Counted from the whole stretch's first letter, positions 35,544-48,505 are shown. The stretch is DNA of 62,880 nt, filler included, from Asterionella formosa (GCA_002256025.1; 9 parts of 9 records of this genome joined end to end with filler, not necessarily neighbours in it); one strand, 5' to 3'. Translations and numbers: made by a program. The notes: generated from the letters alone by a model not told the origin.

Positions 35544-36980
35544 GAGCGATTCATGCAATGCATGGTGTGTTTTTATTATAGTAATATAGTATAATTGTAT
35601 TTTACGCTGCTGCTTGATATCAAGACCATCAATATATTCAAGAGGGATATGATCTTTGCCAGCCTGTTGCCATTGAAGATCCATGTTACTCCATCATGAT
35701 ACAATGTGATTAAAAATTCTCAGTGATACAGTGTCACGCACTTTTGGAATGAATGAAATTCAATTCGAATCGAGTTACCGTTGCTGATACATTTTTAAAA
35801 AATTTCAAATTTCGTGATACACAAAAAAATGATAAGAACAGCGCTATAAGCTAAAACTTCTTTGCTGCACTGGTAGCTAGAATTATTTTGTACTGGCGGC
35901 ATATGATGCATGCATTGAACAAAACATAGATCCATATATATGATATGAACACATCATAGAACATATTATGGGCTGGAAAATATACTATCATATACATTGT
36001 AAATTCATTCTCTTTCAACACAAAATTTTATTGGAGCACACCAATGTAAAAAGAAGAAATGAAGCTAGTGCTAGTAGCTAGTATCAGAGCAAACATCTAC
36101 TACTGCCACTGGTTAGCAATCACCTCTCTCACCATGGAAAATGATGTATATATTTGCAGCCAGACAATCAAATACACCATTTGTGACCCAGCATCACTAC
36201 ACAGTATTCAATTGCCTAGTAGTACAAGCAGATGAAAGAACCACAAGAATTTACAAGGAATTCAAGCAAGGAGATACTAACTGACAACACCAATGACCAA
36301 AATCATCCATTAAACAGGCAGCAGTATGATTACGTTGATATATGCTTTTGAACATATCCATGCATCTAAATCAGATCCAGATCAATGGTTTGAACATCAT
36401 GTAATTTCCACACCAACAAGGAAATCCTTTAGCCAATTCACACTCAACATCTAATTCTCCAGCTGACATGTCTGAGCAGTGCAGCAGTCATAGAAAATTA
36501 ATCCATGACAAATGCTACCAAAACATTTTTTAACCCTACTTCTTTCGAAATTTTGACTACACAGTACATTACCCAAAATCAATACCCGATATTCGAAAAC
36601 ACTGGTAGGTAGTTAAACACGGTTTGTACTTAAAGATAAAGCTAAATATCTCGATTACCGGACCCTCCTGGTTCCTGGTGTAGTACCTTGTACCTGGTAC
36701 TACCGGTATGTACTCTAATATCATAACATGCATGGAGAATATGTGCTGGCATGGACTGGTAAAATTCCTACCGGTATGTGCAAAATCATTTTCATCAGCT
36801 TCAACCAAGCACAACAGCAATCTGATTTCCGGTACCAGGTACCCGCGAACAAATCATCAATCAACGAAGCAGCGCCATTCGTCGTTACACACGAACCTAG
36901 TAGTAGTCTATCATACATAGCCTGTTGACCCGTCTCTCCCCAAGACTTGAATTGCTTTTTCTTTTGGTCAATAATTCCTC

Positions 36981-38076
36981 ATGGCGCAACGTAAAGTAAC
37001 ACCCCGTGGTCAAATGACAGCTGGCAGCAGCGGCCCGGCCATTATGCTAATGCCTCCACACATTCGTGCTACCTTCATGCCGGATCCTCCTCTAAAGTTC
37101 ATTCCTCGACGTGTTCCAGTGCGAAAGAACCCATGGACAGGGATGAGTGACTACATTGTACAAATGGAACGCACAGATCCACCGGAACGCACGGTACAGC
37201 CGCGCAAACATGACCAACGAGTCAGACTCAAGGCACAATGGCACAATGAAACGATACAGCCACTTGTGGAAGAATACAGAAAGACGCAGCGAGATGTTGG
37301 AGGGGAAGTCGATGGAATGAACTGCTACAATACGCTCTTTGTCGGAAGGCTGGCATATGAAGTGACGGAGCGAAAATTACTCAGAGAAATGGAACAGTTT
37401 GGGCCCATTAAGGATTTGAAGCTCATCAAGGACGATAAGACGTGCACATCGAAGGGATACGCCTTTTGTGAATATGAAAACGAAGAAGATATGAAGCGGG
37501 CTTATCGAGCCGCGGATGGAATGCGCATCGAGGGGCGAGACATTGTGGCGGACGTGGAACGTGGACATACCGTTCCAGGGTGGTTGCCAAGGCGACTCGG
37601 CGGGGGATTGGGAGGAACAAGGTGAGTGACACAACATGGGCTTGCTGCTATGCTGCTCGCCATTGCCTTCTAACTCTGTTGTCATCATTGCAAATCTACG
37701 ACTCAGACTGGGGGGCAAGGCTGTCAATGTCACAGCGCCGGGCCGTTATGACCCTGCCAGACCAGAGGCCAGCCGGCCTCCGCCCTTGATGGTTGGTATG
37801 GGACGTGGAGGGCCTCCTCCGTATCCTGGAGGAGACCATGGTGGATATGGGCGAGGCCCTGCCTTTGGGCGTCAAGGATCTCCTCCCAGAGACGGACCGT
37901 ATGGTGGGCGACCTGGTCCACCTCCTATGGGAGATCGAGGTGGTTCAAGAGAGTGGGAACGTGGTCCACCTAGGGGTGGATACGGATACAATGATGGGTA
38001 CAATGATCGAAAGCGCGGACGATCAAGAAGTCCAGAACGTCGCGAGTTCTCTCATGCGAATCGTCGTCGATATTGA
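36981..38076 (+). CDS. SNRNP70: U1 snRNP 70 kDa protein; exons 36981-37621 and 37707-38076 (336 aa)
   Basis: U1-70K N-terminus (MPPHIRATFMPDPPL), RRM (TLFVGRL, SKGYAFCEY), DVERGHTVPGWLPRRLGGGLGGTR and an RG/RS-rich tail. An 85-nt GTGAGT...CTAAC...CAG intron restores the frame. Confidence 0.95.
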
Positions 38077-38127
38077 GAGTGTGATTGCGACTAGAATATT
38101 AAACACGTTTGCCAAGCCTTTATCTTG

Positions 38128-38751
38128 TTATACAAACCTAGATTCATCAAATTCGTCGTCATCAAGTTCATTGTCGTCGTCATCGTCGTATTCTTCTTCC
38201 GCCATTTGTTTAATGGCATTCTCAACTGCTCCCCATATTCGATCAGCATCGCCTTCTGTAATTACCTCGTGAAACCTGTGAGGCAGCAGTAAGAATAGAG
38301 AAGCTGCGTTAGATTGATACTCAGAGCGTCACCTCCTATTAGCTATTCTTAAAGCTTACACTCGTTCGCTGAACTCATTGTCATTCATCCCCTCCAACGC
38401 GACGTTCCCTTCAAAATCCTCATGTTGCACGGCGACACATGGTGCCTTCTTACAAGCACCGAGACAAGAGACTTCTTCCAATTCCACATCTGGAAACAGT
38501 CCTTCCTGGATTCGACCATAAAAAGCTCCGTAGGTGGCAAATGCGTCCATTCCCAAGAGTTTGCGCTTTTGTGCACAGCTACTAGCAGAACAAGTTAAAA
38601 TCTTGAATTGTTTCGATGCTTCTTGTTGTTCTTTCGTTGTTGTCATGGACATGTGAATAAAGGAAACATGTCCATGGTCTGTTTGTGGGCTCAGAAAGGA
38701 CTCTGCTGACACTGTAAGAAGCAATAGAAGAGCAGTATTATGTTTCGCCAT
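38128..38751 (-). CDS. Plastid-targeted thioredoxin-like [2Fe-2S] ferredoxin-domain protein; exons 38751-38360 and 38275-38128 (179 aa)
   Basis: CSASSC...CLGACKKAPCV matches the Trx-like ferredoxin C-x4-C...C-x3-C pattern. Signal peptide ends SAES-FLS (ASAFAP-like). An 84-nt GTAAGC...CAG intron keeps the frame, and the tail is acidic. Confidence 0.8.
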
Positions 38752-39521
38752 GGTTAGTATCATTATGGATGTGGTTGACATACAGTTGATCAATTTGTTG
38801 AAAAACTCTGTAAGGGAATTATTTACCGGTAAATTCATGTCAGCATCATCATCCTATGTAGACCCACATCATCCAATCATTGCAAAGAGTAAAATGACGT
38901 GGCCTCGCAAACTTGCTTCCGAGGCTTGTCAGAGTCTGTGGTGCGACCACCGCTGCATACCTAGTACTACATACCACAAGAACACTGAAGAAATTTTACT
39001 ACCGGTACATATTCTAGGTCTCTTATGTATTTCAAATGCTTGTCTACACTTATGTTACATGTATTGTGTACATCTAAATTGGAGTTAGTTGTACACCTCG
39101 TCAATTAGCCTGTAAAGTACTAGGATCATCTGAGAAAAGACGTATCAGTGTTACGAACAGGCTGCATCGTATTCTAGGATCCTGCTCCTCAGTCCAGAGG
39201 ACTTGCAGCTAGTTTTGCAGTAGTCTACTGCCAATGGCGAGAATCGGTTTTAGTTTACTTTCATGTGGATGATCTCAACTTGCGTTGCGTGGTCCTCAGT
39301 GCTCCCATCAGAACTCTACTTGTATATAGAAGGACTAATACTGATACTGTGATGTTGGCAATGGTCCAAAACTTTCACACAACATGCATTTTATAAAAAG
39401 ATGGTATCATTTATGAATGATCCAAGAAAATATAGACAGGTTGTAATTTACTGAATGCAAATAAGAATCATAGGAGATTGCATGTGTCCGTGCGTGTGTG
39501 TAGATATATTAAGCACATTGA

Positions 39522-40319
39522 TCAAACCCCCTTTTTGCCTCCGCCTGACAAACTCGCATTTATTCCTCCTCCACCTCTAAAGGCCATGGCAGTTCCGTCG
39601 ACGCATTCCTGTTTCTCTTCTTCCGTCCATGCAGCTGCCATGGCTTCAATCTTCGCCTTGATATTTTGCTTAATTTCGTTCAAATCTCCATCCCACTTGT
39701 AAAATTCCAAAGTTTTCTTTTCCAACAATAAGGATGACATTTGTTTCCCAATCATTCGTCCTCCTGCTGTGTGAGCAAAGTAGAAATTATAAAAATGGCA
39801 CATGAATTCTGGAACGGATGTGATGGATCGTAGGTGCGTGGCATAGAAAGTTCCGGCAGGACTGACGGTGGGGCGGTCCAGGCCATAGGTCGACGACATG
39901 TACTGAATGTCCAGTTCCAGTGGTGCCACTCGTTCTAACTTGGTGGCTCGGAAGGGTTCCAGTTCTGGTCGGTCGTTCACGATCTCTTCCAAGGCTTGAT
40001 ATACATGTTGAGAATCCACAAGGAATTGGAGATAATCTGCATGAGTCGGTACGTAGGGTACTTTGGGTTGTTCATCAACGACGGTCCCTTCCTTGGGCGA
40101 TTGTACAGTCGTGTGGAGTTTCATGGCAGCTCCACGAAGTTGTGTTTCAATGAAGCTCCCAGCACTAGTTGGAGTGCTTGTGGTAGCTTGGTGGAGTGGA
40201 GACATTGTGATGCTGCTGCGGCGCATGATGGTCCATCCTGCTTGTGGCGCAAAGGAAACTGTGGCGGGTACTAATGTGAGAGCAACTATGCTCATGATGC
40301 TGTACATTCGGCTGCACAT
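39522..40319 (-). CDS. HO1: Plastid-targeted ferredoxin-dependent heme oxygenase (HY1/HO1 type)
   Basis: FIETQLRGAAMKLHT (proximal His), YLQFLVDS, HFYNFYFAHTAGGRMIG and LEFYKWDGDL. Bipartite presequence has TVS-FAP. Confidence 0.93.
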   Translation of the reverse strand: MCSRMYSIMSIVALTLVPATVSFAPQAGWTIMRRSSITMSPLHQATTSTPTSAGSFIETQLRGAAMKLHTTVQSPKEGTVVDEQPKVPYVPTHADYLQFLVDSQHVYQALEEIVNDRPELEPFRATKLERVAPLELDIQYMSSTYGLDRPTVSPAGTFYATHLRSITSVPEFMCHFYNFYFAHTAGGRMIGKQMSSLLLEKKTLEFYKWDGDLNEIKQNIKAKIEAMAAAWTEEEKQECVDGTAMAFRGGGGINASLSGGGKKGV

Positions 40320-41940
40320 GATGATTGGTTAGAGCGGGTAGAGCTATATTTGAGTTCGTTGAGGATAAATATCCAAGTCAAACTACCGGTATAACCTTGC
40401 TAGAGGATGGTTGACTTTATCTTCGTTGTCGTTGTGAAGCAATTGAACACGAGACATTCGTCAGGTGCATGCAGTATTTTACATGCATGGGGGACCAATG
40501 TTCTTGGCTCCTTTCTTTTGCTATCATACCAGGAGGTACTACTGATGGCAGTTTTCTGGTATTCGACTTCTCGTTGAAGTCTGGATGCGAAAATCTCCCC
40601 GTCGTGAGGAGTATCGAATGACGGGGAACTATATTTGTACCGGTCGTACCAGTACCAGAGTCTACGTACATAGAAGGAGTACCGGTATTCCTCCTCCTTC
40701 GAGCCTTCCTCCTTGCACATACACATACATGTACACCATATTTGTTATTTACCTCCTCTGGCTGCACTGACGTACGCAATAGGTCGCCTACACATGTGTT
40801 CTGGTACCAAGTTCCAGGTTACATACTTTACTTCTGCTGCACTGTGCGTGGCTACTCAATGTTCGCACCAGTGCCTTGTTGGTAGAAGCCTCTGACTGAA
40901 GCAATTACACAAGAAGTGAGGAGTTGGTAAATTATCCATTCATGATGTCATCTTTGGCAACACCATCATCATTGTTACTGTTGATTGTTATGCTGTATGT
41001 ACAACATAGTGAATGTTTCAATGGGAAATCATGGAATGGGAGGTGACTAGATGCTGGGCATGGAACAGGCAGGAAGAAATACTCAGCAATCAACTGTTGG
41101 TCGATTTCAATGATTCAAGAGCCAGCAATGTGCTCAGGTTATAGGGCGATGTGCTGGGAAGGGGTAGAACAAGGGCTTCCTGTGCAGTAGGGGGAGGGGC
41201 TAGAATTGGAAGAGAATTGGCAGGTCTATCCCATGAGGTTCTGCTATGTGTGTGATGACATTTGAACATGTCAACAGCTGCAAATACTCATGAAATGCCA
41301 TGAATGGTTTACCACAACCATCATGATACCAGTACTACTCATAGCATGATGGTGTCTGCACCAGTAACTATGAACCATTGTAGAATGCTCACAGCTACTT
41401 GATGGTGTACCAGTGTAATCAACAACGGGTTCTTTCCGGCTCATTAGGCTGATTTCAGTCTCTCTATGAGGCTCAATTTGAAAACTTTGTTGTTACTTCC
41501 CTTTAACTTTAGATACATCATTGGATGGCTACCAGTATGCATGTTAAGGGCAAAAAATTGGAATTAGGACCACTAATCTTTAGTCATATGTCAGTCACAA
41601 GCAACATGAAAAATACCGCAGTCACAGATCAGTCTGGACTGGAAGGAATCAATACTGCTTCAATGAAATGAGGTACACAACAATCATCACATCGAAGCAT
41701 AACCATGGAGCATACACAACATGTCCAAGTCATCATTTCTAGTATACACATGTACTTTGGAGGTGGGAACTGTCAGCATCCACTATGCCTTTCCCAAAAG
41801 ATTTTGTGCCTTTGGGCAGCACAATAACCCTGGTGTGCTCAGCATTGTTGGTCAATCTTGACGATAACCTTCTCAGCGATTCTTCTTCCTTTTTGTAACA
41901 AGAACTAAATACCAATGCCTCCGCAAAGAACTTGAGAAAA

Positions 41941-42040
41941 NNNNNNNNNNNNNNNNNNNNNNNNNNNNNNNNNNNNNNNNNNNNTTAATTAATTAANNNN
42001 NNNNNNNNNNNNNNNNNNNNNNNNNNNNNNNNNNNNNNNN
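41941..42040. other. Artificial contig linker
   Basis: N44-TTAATTAATTAA-N44. Confidence 0.97.
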
Positions 42041-42327
42041 GGTGGAGATGCTGGTTCTTCATGCTCCACCACAACCTTGGAAGAATCTTGGAACGAGATG
42101 TTATGCCCTCGCCCAGCCTTATGGTCAAAAAGTTCCTTCTCATGAATGTCTCTGTCATGTGAAGAGTTAGAGTCCAGTACTCGTTCGTCCTCCTTTGCTT
42201 CATCAGCAAAAGTCAAGCTGGCATCAATACCCTTCTTTTGGGCAGTGGGAGAAGGTTTGTGTGTTCTTATGTGATCACTTTGGCTGCCTTTCTTGATATC
42301 CTTGCTTTCCTTGCTATCGTCGTTCAT
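42041..42327 (-). CDS. 5' end of an unidentified charged, low-complexity ORF running off the contig
   Basis: ATG at 42327 opens a frame with no stop to the contig edge (95 codons). No recognisable domain. Confidence 0.35.
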
Positions 42328-42427
42328 AATACTGATCGAATAATGTGTTTAACGCACAGAATAAGCATAACTGTAAGAGAAGATTATATGAAGAATTTAA
42401 TATAAAGTGTGACGATGGTGCGCACGT

Positions 42428-42960
42428 AGTATTCAATGAAGAATCAAGTCATGAAGTTGGACATAGTAAATCATGAAGAATCAAGTCATGAAGTTGGTAC
42501 TTACTACATCATGAAGAATCAAGTCATGAAGTTGGTACACACAGTAAAGAATGCAGAGTCAAGTCATGTTAAAGATGGGTCACGCAGTAAATTCTAATGA
42601 ATCAAGTGATGAAGTTGGTACTGTAAATCACGGAAAATTAAGTCATGTAGTTACAACTGAAAATCAGCGAGAATCAAGACATGAAGTTGGTACTATTAAT
42701 CATGGAGAATAAAGTCAAAGAAGCTGGTAATCAAGCCAGTAAATCATGAAGAGTCAGGTTATGAAGTTGATACGTAGTGAGTCATGAAGAATTTAGTCAT
42801 GAATTTGGTATGTATCAAGTCATGAAGTTAGTACGTAGTAAATAATGCAGAATCAAGTCATGTTAAAGATGGGTAAGCAGTTAATCATGTAGAATCAGGT
42901 CATGAAATTGGTTCTGTAAATCATGAAGAATCAAGTCATGAATTTGGTACTATTTAATCA
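42428..42960. repeat. Minisatellite, ~14 units of mostly 36-44 bp
   Basis: Consensus AGTAAATCATGAAGAATCAAGTCATGAAGTTGGTAC, with units directly adjacent. Confidence 0.9.
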
Positions 42961-42964
42961 TTTC

Positions 42965-43830
42965 AGGTTGCTGCATTTGAAACCCTAGGCAAAAATTAAA
43001 ATATTGCTTTGGGTTGCCAAAGCTTCCTGGAATTAAGAGGCTAGGCAAATATTTGAAAGCGCACTCAAGGAGCGCTATGCGTATGTCCAAATTTGATCAT
43101 CAACTGGTACCAGGTACCCATGGTGAATATAGCACCGGACTGTCAGTACACCCAAGAAGATGTTACATGCTCATCCAATGTGCCTGGCATGGGTTTGCAA
43201 GGAGACCTCACAAACCAGGCCAATCAAACAGAGGAATGTAATTCACATTCACCAATCATATTATATATGTGAAAGCGGGCACTTACAATGACTCTTTGTA
43301 CAGGAGATTTTAGGACTAAAAATTCTAGCAGATGACTACCATTCCGATGATGACGTGTCGGCACATAATAATTCTGATTCAGAAATTTTGGCAAATGTAG
43401 AAAAGGCCGATTTTGTCGAGTTATTGGACAACAATAGCTGAAGGTTGGCTGGGTCTGACAGCAATACAGATACATAGGTAACTTTCAAATAGCATCAGTA
43501 TATAACTTCTGGCGAGAAACTGCAGAAAGAAACTTCGCTTTTTTTACTATACCAAATAAACAGATTTCCCCCGAAATTTCGAGTCTTTTTAGCCTAATTA
43601 AAAAACCGAAGTTCCTTTCTGCAGTTTCTGAACAGATCCTATATACTGACAATATATAGAGTGGACCTACACCGTCCGAAGACTGTATGTAAGCATATGG
43701 AAAGGGTGTGTATTGGTGAAAGCTCCGTTGAGCGTTATACATATTTAATTTGTATTTGAAAAGTATGTGCTTGATTAGTCTGACTCAATATTATTTTATA
43801 AACCCTACCTTGGTTCAAATGCAGCAACCT
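42965..43830. mobile_element. MITE (866 bp), possibly Harbinger/Tourist-like
   Basis: Perfect 17-bp TIR AGGTTGCTGCATTTGAA / TTCAAATGCAGCAACCT. Flanks are TCA/TTA if the terminus is taken as GG..CC. No coding capacity. Confidence 0.8.
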
Positions 43831-44222
43831 TAAGGTTGAGGCCCCGGCTTAACCCTAGTTTGGAGAAAATATCGCTAGGGTTGTAAAAACATGGTGGAAC
43901 AGGGAGTTTTCTACTATGAATTCCCGTGATTTGAGTGTCCATTTAAATATTTGAATTAAAAAGGAATCAGCGCCAGATTGATAGAGTTCCATTTGAAAGA
44001 AACAAAAATGATATTTAAACATTTATACTATATCAACATTGCTGAATGTAGAAATGATTTAGCTCAACACCAAAACATATATAGAAATCAGGAGTATGAC
44101 AACATATATGCTCATGGTTCGTGTTTATACATTATATTGAATCTACACTGCTGAATATTGGTTTAATAAAGATCAGCACAGTACCAGGTACCGAAGTACC
44201 AGAGTACCGGTGTACCGATAGT

Positions 44223-44591
44223 GATTCACAATGCATACGTCTCCATTGGAACTCTCTTTTTAATTTCATTTCCAACCCAAAACAATTTTTTCTATTTCTC
44301 ATTTGATGCTACTTATTACATCGCATTTCATACTTTGGTTGCTCCAAACATCATATTCAATTTTCATTGATGTTGCAAGTTACAATCATTCTCGTGTGTT
44401 TTACGCTTGTTGTACCATCTCCATGCATATTACCGTTATTTTGGTTGTCATGCTAAAATCGGCAATTTCATTGCCGAAAAATTCGATGTGTCCCATATTG
44501 CCCTTAAATAAAATTACTTAAGAAATTACTTAGAGCCTAAAAATTATAGAAGTACCCGAATGGCAAGACGATAGCTGGAGCGGGAATTGCT
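44223..44591. mobile_element. GGCAATTCCC-family right-end fragment
   Basis: Close match to 8289-8661, including the TIR. Confidence 0.85.
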
Positions 44592-45030
44592 TGAATATAT
44601 GGATTTATGACAGACAGCATACTGCTGCCTGTAGACCAACACGACGGGGATAGGACAGGTACCAGGTACCAGTACCTTGTACCAGTACTCACTCATCACT
44701 TTCTCCAAGGAATCATTTCTGATTTGTTGCTGTGCCTCATACATTATATATGGACTTGTTTCATTCTGGCTACCCCCAGATAGTGATGGTGTGCTATTCG
44801 TCTCCATCTCCATGTCCATGTTGATAGATCCTTCTGTATGCAAAATGAACGTGTTTACAAAACGAGCATCGCTCACCATGAATGTATCAAAATCAGGGAA
44901 ACATCCATAAAGAAGAGTGTAAACGTAAATTTCAACTAACAGTTTAACAAAAACGTACCCTACTAATTGATAATCAAAACATAACTGCTCCGTAATTACA
45001 ATAATAAATACTAGTTGATCCTCCTAAATA

Positions 45031-45501
45031 TTACCATTTCCCATGGAGGTTCAAATTGCGAAGTGCTGCTTTACCTTTTTCTTGAACACCAGCATTGGAT
45101 GAGTAATTTCGCATAGCAGACTCAATTGCGGCTTTTCCACCAGCATTGGATATTGTCACCCTGTTGTTTTCATTCAAAGCCAAGTTCACAAGTGCTCCAC
45201 AACTATTCTCTTGCACATTAGCATTGGATGAATGCTTCTTCATTGCAGACAGAATGGTAGTGATACCTCCTGCTTCAGCAATCGTCACCCTGTTGTCTTC
45301 ATTCAAAGCCAAGTCCCAAAGTTCTGAACAACATTTTATTTGAATGTCAGCATTCTGTTCATTCATTTGCATCCTTGAAAGAATTGCAGCAATCGCATTG
45401 CGGTTCTTGTTTGCATCAATGAGTTTGGTTGTATCATTTAGTAAATTGTCACCAATTGAAATAAAAGAGAGATGAAGTGTAGTCAAGATAGTATTGACCT
45501 C
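45031..45501 (-). pseudogene. 3' remnant of an LRR + armadillo-repeat gene, 5' part cut off by an element insertion
   Basis: Open frame from the element junction: EVNTILTTLHLSFISIGD (RI-like LRR), then ARM repeats (LALNEDNRVTIAEAGGITTILSAMKKHSSNANVQENSCGAL...), then a stop. Confidence 0.75.
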
Positions 45502-47184
45502 GTCTGTAAATAAAAAATATCATGAAAATATGATCAAGGGTATTGTACGCTAAGTGGCACAGGATTATCGTATATATGATAATTTTTGGATCAAAAATAT
45601 GATCAAGGTATCTTGTATCTATGATGATTTATTAATACGTTACCGACCTTGAAGTATAATGATACTAAGAACATTATCATCACACAATGTACAAAAACTG
45701 ATCAACAACATTTCCCATCAATATCATAAACCTTCTCATATTATTTTCACTTCTCGTGATCGCCCGATGTAAATTATGACTACAATGTATCCTAAAACCA
45801 GCTCAACTCTATGCTATCAAGTGAATTGTTTCATCGTAAATCTATCGTAAACATGATCATAATTCTAATCACAAGCATTGTTCAATATAGATTAAAATGG
45901 ATCGTAATTTAACTATCAAGTTAAGCAATGCTATCTATTAATCTACATGCCATCGACCCAACGTTTCTCTCTCTACTCGGCTCAATGTATATTCCTTTCT
46001 TGCTCTTTCTTCCTCTGATCTGAATCGTGTGCGAGGCAGTGCCTTACTGATGCTGCGTCTCTTTCCCTGCTGTAAGTGTCATTCTGATCTTGCCGACTAT
46101 TCCGTTGTTTGATTTTTTTATTGTCCAATGCATGCAGTTACAGTAACAATGAGAAGGAATGGTTTGTTAGCTAGTCATGTTACATTGACACAAGAACACG
46201 CAATTCCATCGTATCCTCTTGCTTCACTTACCACAAATCAATGCAACTGAGGATGCATAAGTCTGTAATAGTAACCTGTCAGTAAATTCTTGAATAAGTA
46301 AGTTTCGGGTATCCAATGTTGTGGAATAAAACTTACCGGTTCATTTTTGTCATCTTAACTTTGAGAGAATATAAACGTTTTGTTAGTTTTGTTCCAACAG
46401 AAGTGAATAGGTCCAACAAGCGACAAGAGCACTTACGCAATTTGGTTTTGTTTTACATTGGTGCTCCCCAACAAGCAAAACGAGCTGTTGAATCAACTGA
46501 GAAAAAAGGAAATGTGGCTGCGTTTAGTTAACAATTTGTTGTTGTGCTGTCTGCCTCCCAACGATTGTCATCCAAGTAGCTACCACATTGATGGCTTCAT
46601 TACATTAAACATTCTCCATCCTTCGAATGCGCAATGTGTCGAAGTCATAACGTTTTTCGTTATGTATTGCGAAAATTTTCTTTTCTTTTAATGTGCTTTA
46701 CTACGATGTATCTTTTCATGAAGCAGCAGGCATTGTTTGTTAACATGACAGAACGATTTCAAAAATATATATGCCATGAATATAGTAATAAAATTTGTAA
46801 ATATATATATATATATGAAGTGTTTTACATTTATAAAATTCAAAGGCGCTCTCGATATGGAACATCTGATATGGTTGGGATGATCATACTCACATATGCA
46901 TAATTCGAAAATACTCAATGCACCATATGTCCATTGTTTTCCACGACTACGTGTACCGGAATTGTTTCTGAAATTTGTTTGCATCGATATTTTCTACGTC
47001 CGTTGAAACTAATTATTTAGACCATTCAATTGCAGCCAGGGTTTTGGTAGCAAATTGTTTAAGCCCCTTTTTTGGTTGGGAGCTCTTCATGTGTACCGGT
47101 ACATCATCCCGGTATATGAAAATAACAATATATCATATATATACAGAGCACCAGTAACAGGTAGTAAGTGATATAGCTACTGGG

Positions 47185-47745
47185 GGTAGTCGGAGTAGTA
47201 AAGTAGCAACAGAACACCATATGTTCAGGACTGTTGCTACTGCAGTGGGACAGTAAATCATCATAGTTTTAGGATCGTATGATCGTAAAAAACAGCAAAA
47301 AAACACCATATGTTCATGACTGTTGCAATTACATTGGGACAGTAAATCATCATAGTTTTAGGATTGTATGATCGTAAAACTAAAAACAAATCGAAAACTA
47401 TATTTTCAGAACTGTTGCTACCATAGCACACTGCAGTGGGACAGTAAATCATCATAGTTTTAGGATCGTATGATCGTAAAACAAAAAAGCAGTAGTCGGA
47501 GTAATAAGCAAGGAATGGAACACCATAGTAAATCATCATAGTTTTAGAATTGTATGATCGTGAAACTGAAAAGCGGTACCGGTAGTCGGAGTAATAAGCA
47601 AGCAATAGAACACCATAGTAAATCATCATAGTTTTAGGATTGTATGATCATGAAACTGAAAAGCGGTACAGGTAGTCGGAGTAATAAGCAAGCAATAGAA
47701 CACCATATGTCTATGACTGCTGCTACTACAGCGGGACAGTACCGG
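47185..47745. repeat. Modular tandem array
   Basis: Five copies of GTAAATCATCATAGTTTTAG(G/A)AT(C/T)GTATGATC interleaved with GTAGTCGGAGTAATAAGCAAG and CACCATATGTT...GGGACA modules. Confidence 0.9.
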
Positions 47746-47818
47746 TAAATGAATTTAAGATCATCGAACTTTAAGGAAGACAACGACAACATCTGGTCGT
47801 GTTGCTGGTCCACTTTTA

Positions 47819-48505
47819 ATGGCCGAAGAAGGAAGCGAGGAAAAGATCACCATTACGAGCAGAACGAGAGAAATCGTTTACGACGCCAAGTCTGGACGAT
47901 TCTTTGAGACTAACTTGCTGGAAGAAGAATGCATTCCTGACAAGGAATACTGTGTCGTCGATCTGGAAAGTGGGGAACTCATTCGTCTCACAGTAGCCGA
48001 AAAGGAGCGTATCTTTCTGGACGCGCTTCAGTCCTACAATGCCACTGGAAGGCAAGCTCAAGGATGACGAGTTTGACCTATTGAAGGAAGATTTGCAATG
48101 GAACGGATCTGACATGGTTGTCATGAACCGAAAGGAAGCCACAAATCTCGCCGCCATGCAGGCATACTTGAAAGGTGAACCGATGATGCCAGATGCTGAG
48201 TTTGACGCATTGAAGACGGAGCTCAAGGAAACTGGATCGAAGTTTGCAATCTCAACATCTCCAAAATGCTAGATCGACACTGGAATTTGTACTGTCACAT
48301 TGAAAGAAGACCAATTCAGATCAAATCTTCTCTACCTTCCCGCCATTATTATTCTCACAAGTGTTTGGCTTGGTATTGGTTTCGAACTCTTGTCGACTGT
48401 GTTGAGAATCAACCCGTTGTTCTTCCTCCTCATTGGCACTCCGTTCCTCTACACCAGATCTAAATTTATTACAGAGGAGCTTCTCTTCCCTGGTAAATTC
48501 ATTGC
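47819..48505 (+). pseudogene. PGRL1: PGRL1 (PGR5-like 1, cyclic electron flow) pseudogene fragment
   Basis: LTVAEKERIFLDALQSY, DDEFDLLKEDLQWNGS, AMQAYLKGEPMMPDAEFDALK, PKC*IDTGIC and two TM helices. Frameshift at ~48053 and TAG at 48269-48271. No signal peptide and no C-terminal CPxC. Confidence 0.85.

Noticed and set aside
37793..38272. 159-aa plus-strand ORF overlapping two genes
   Set aside because: Alternative-frame and antisense shadow of the SNRNP70 tail and the ferredoxin exon 2.
42428..42960. CRISPR-like array of ~36-bp repeats
   Set aside because: Units are contiguous and degenerate, with no unique spacers, no cas genes and a eukaryotic context.
47185..47745. CRISPR-like repeat/spacer pattern
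   Set aside because: The intervening segments are themselves repeated modules, not unique spacers.
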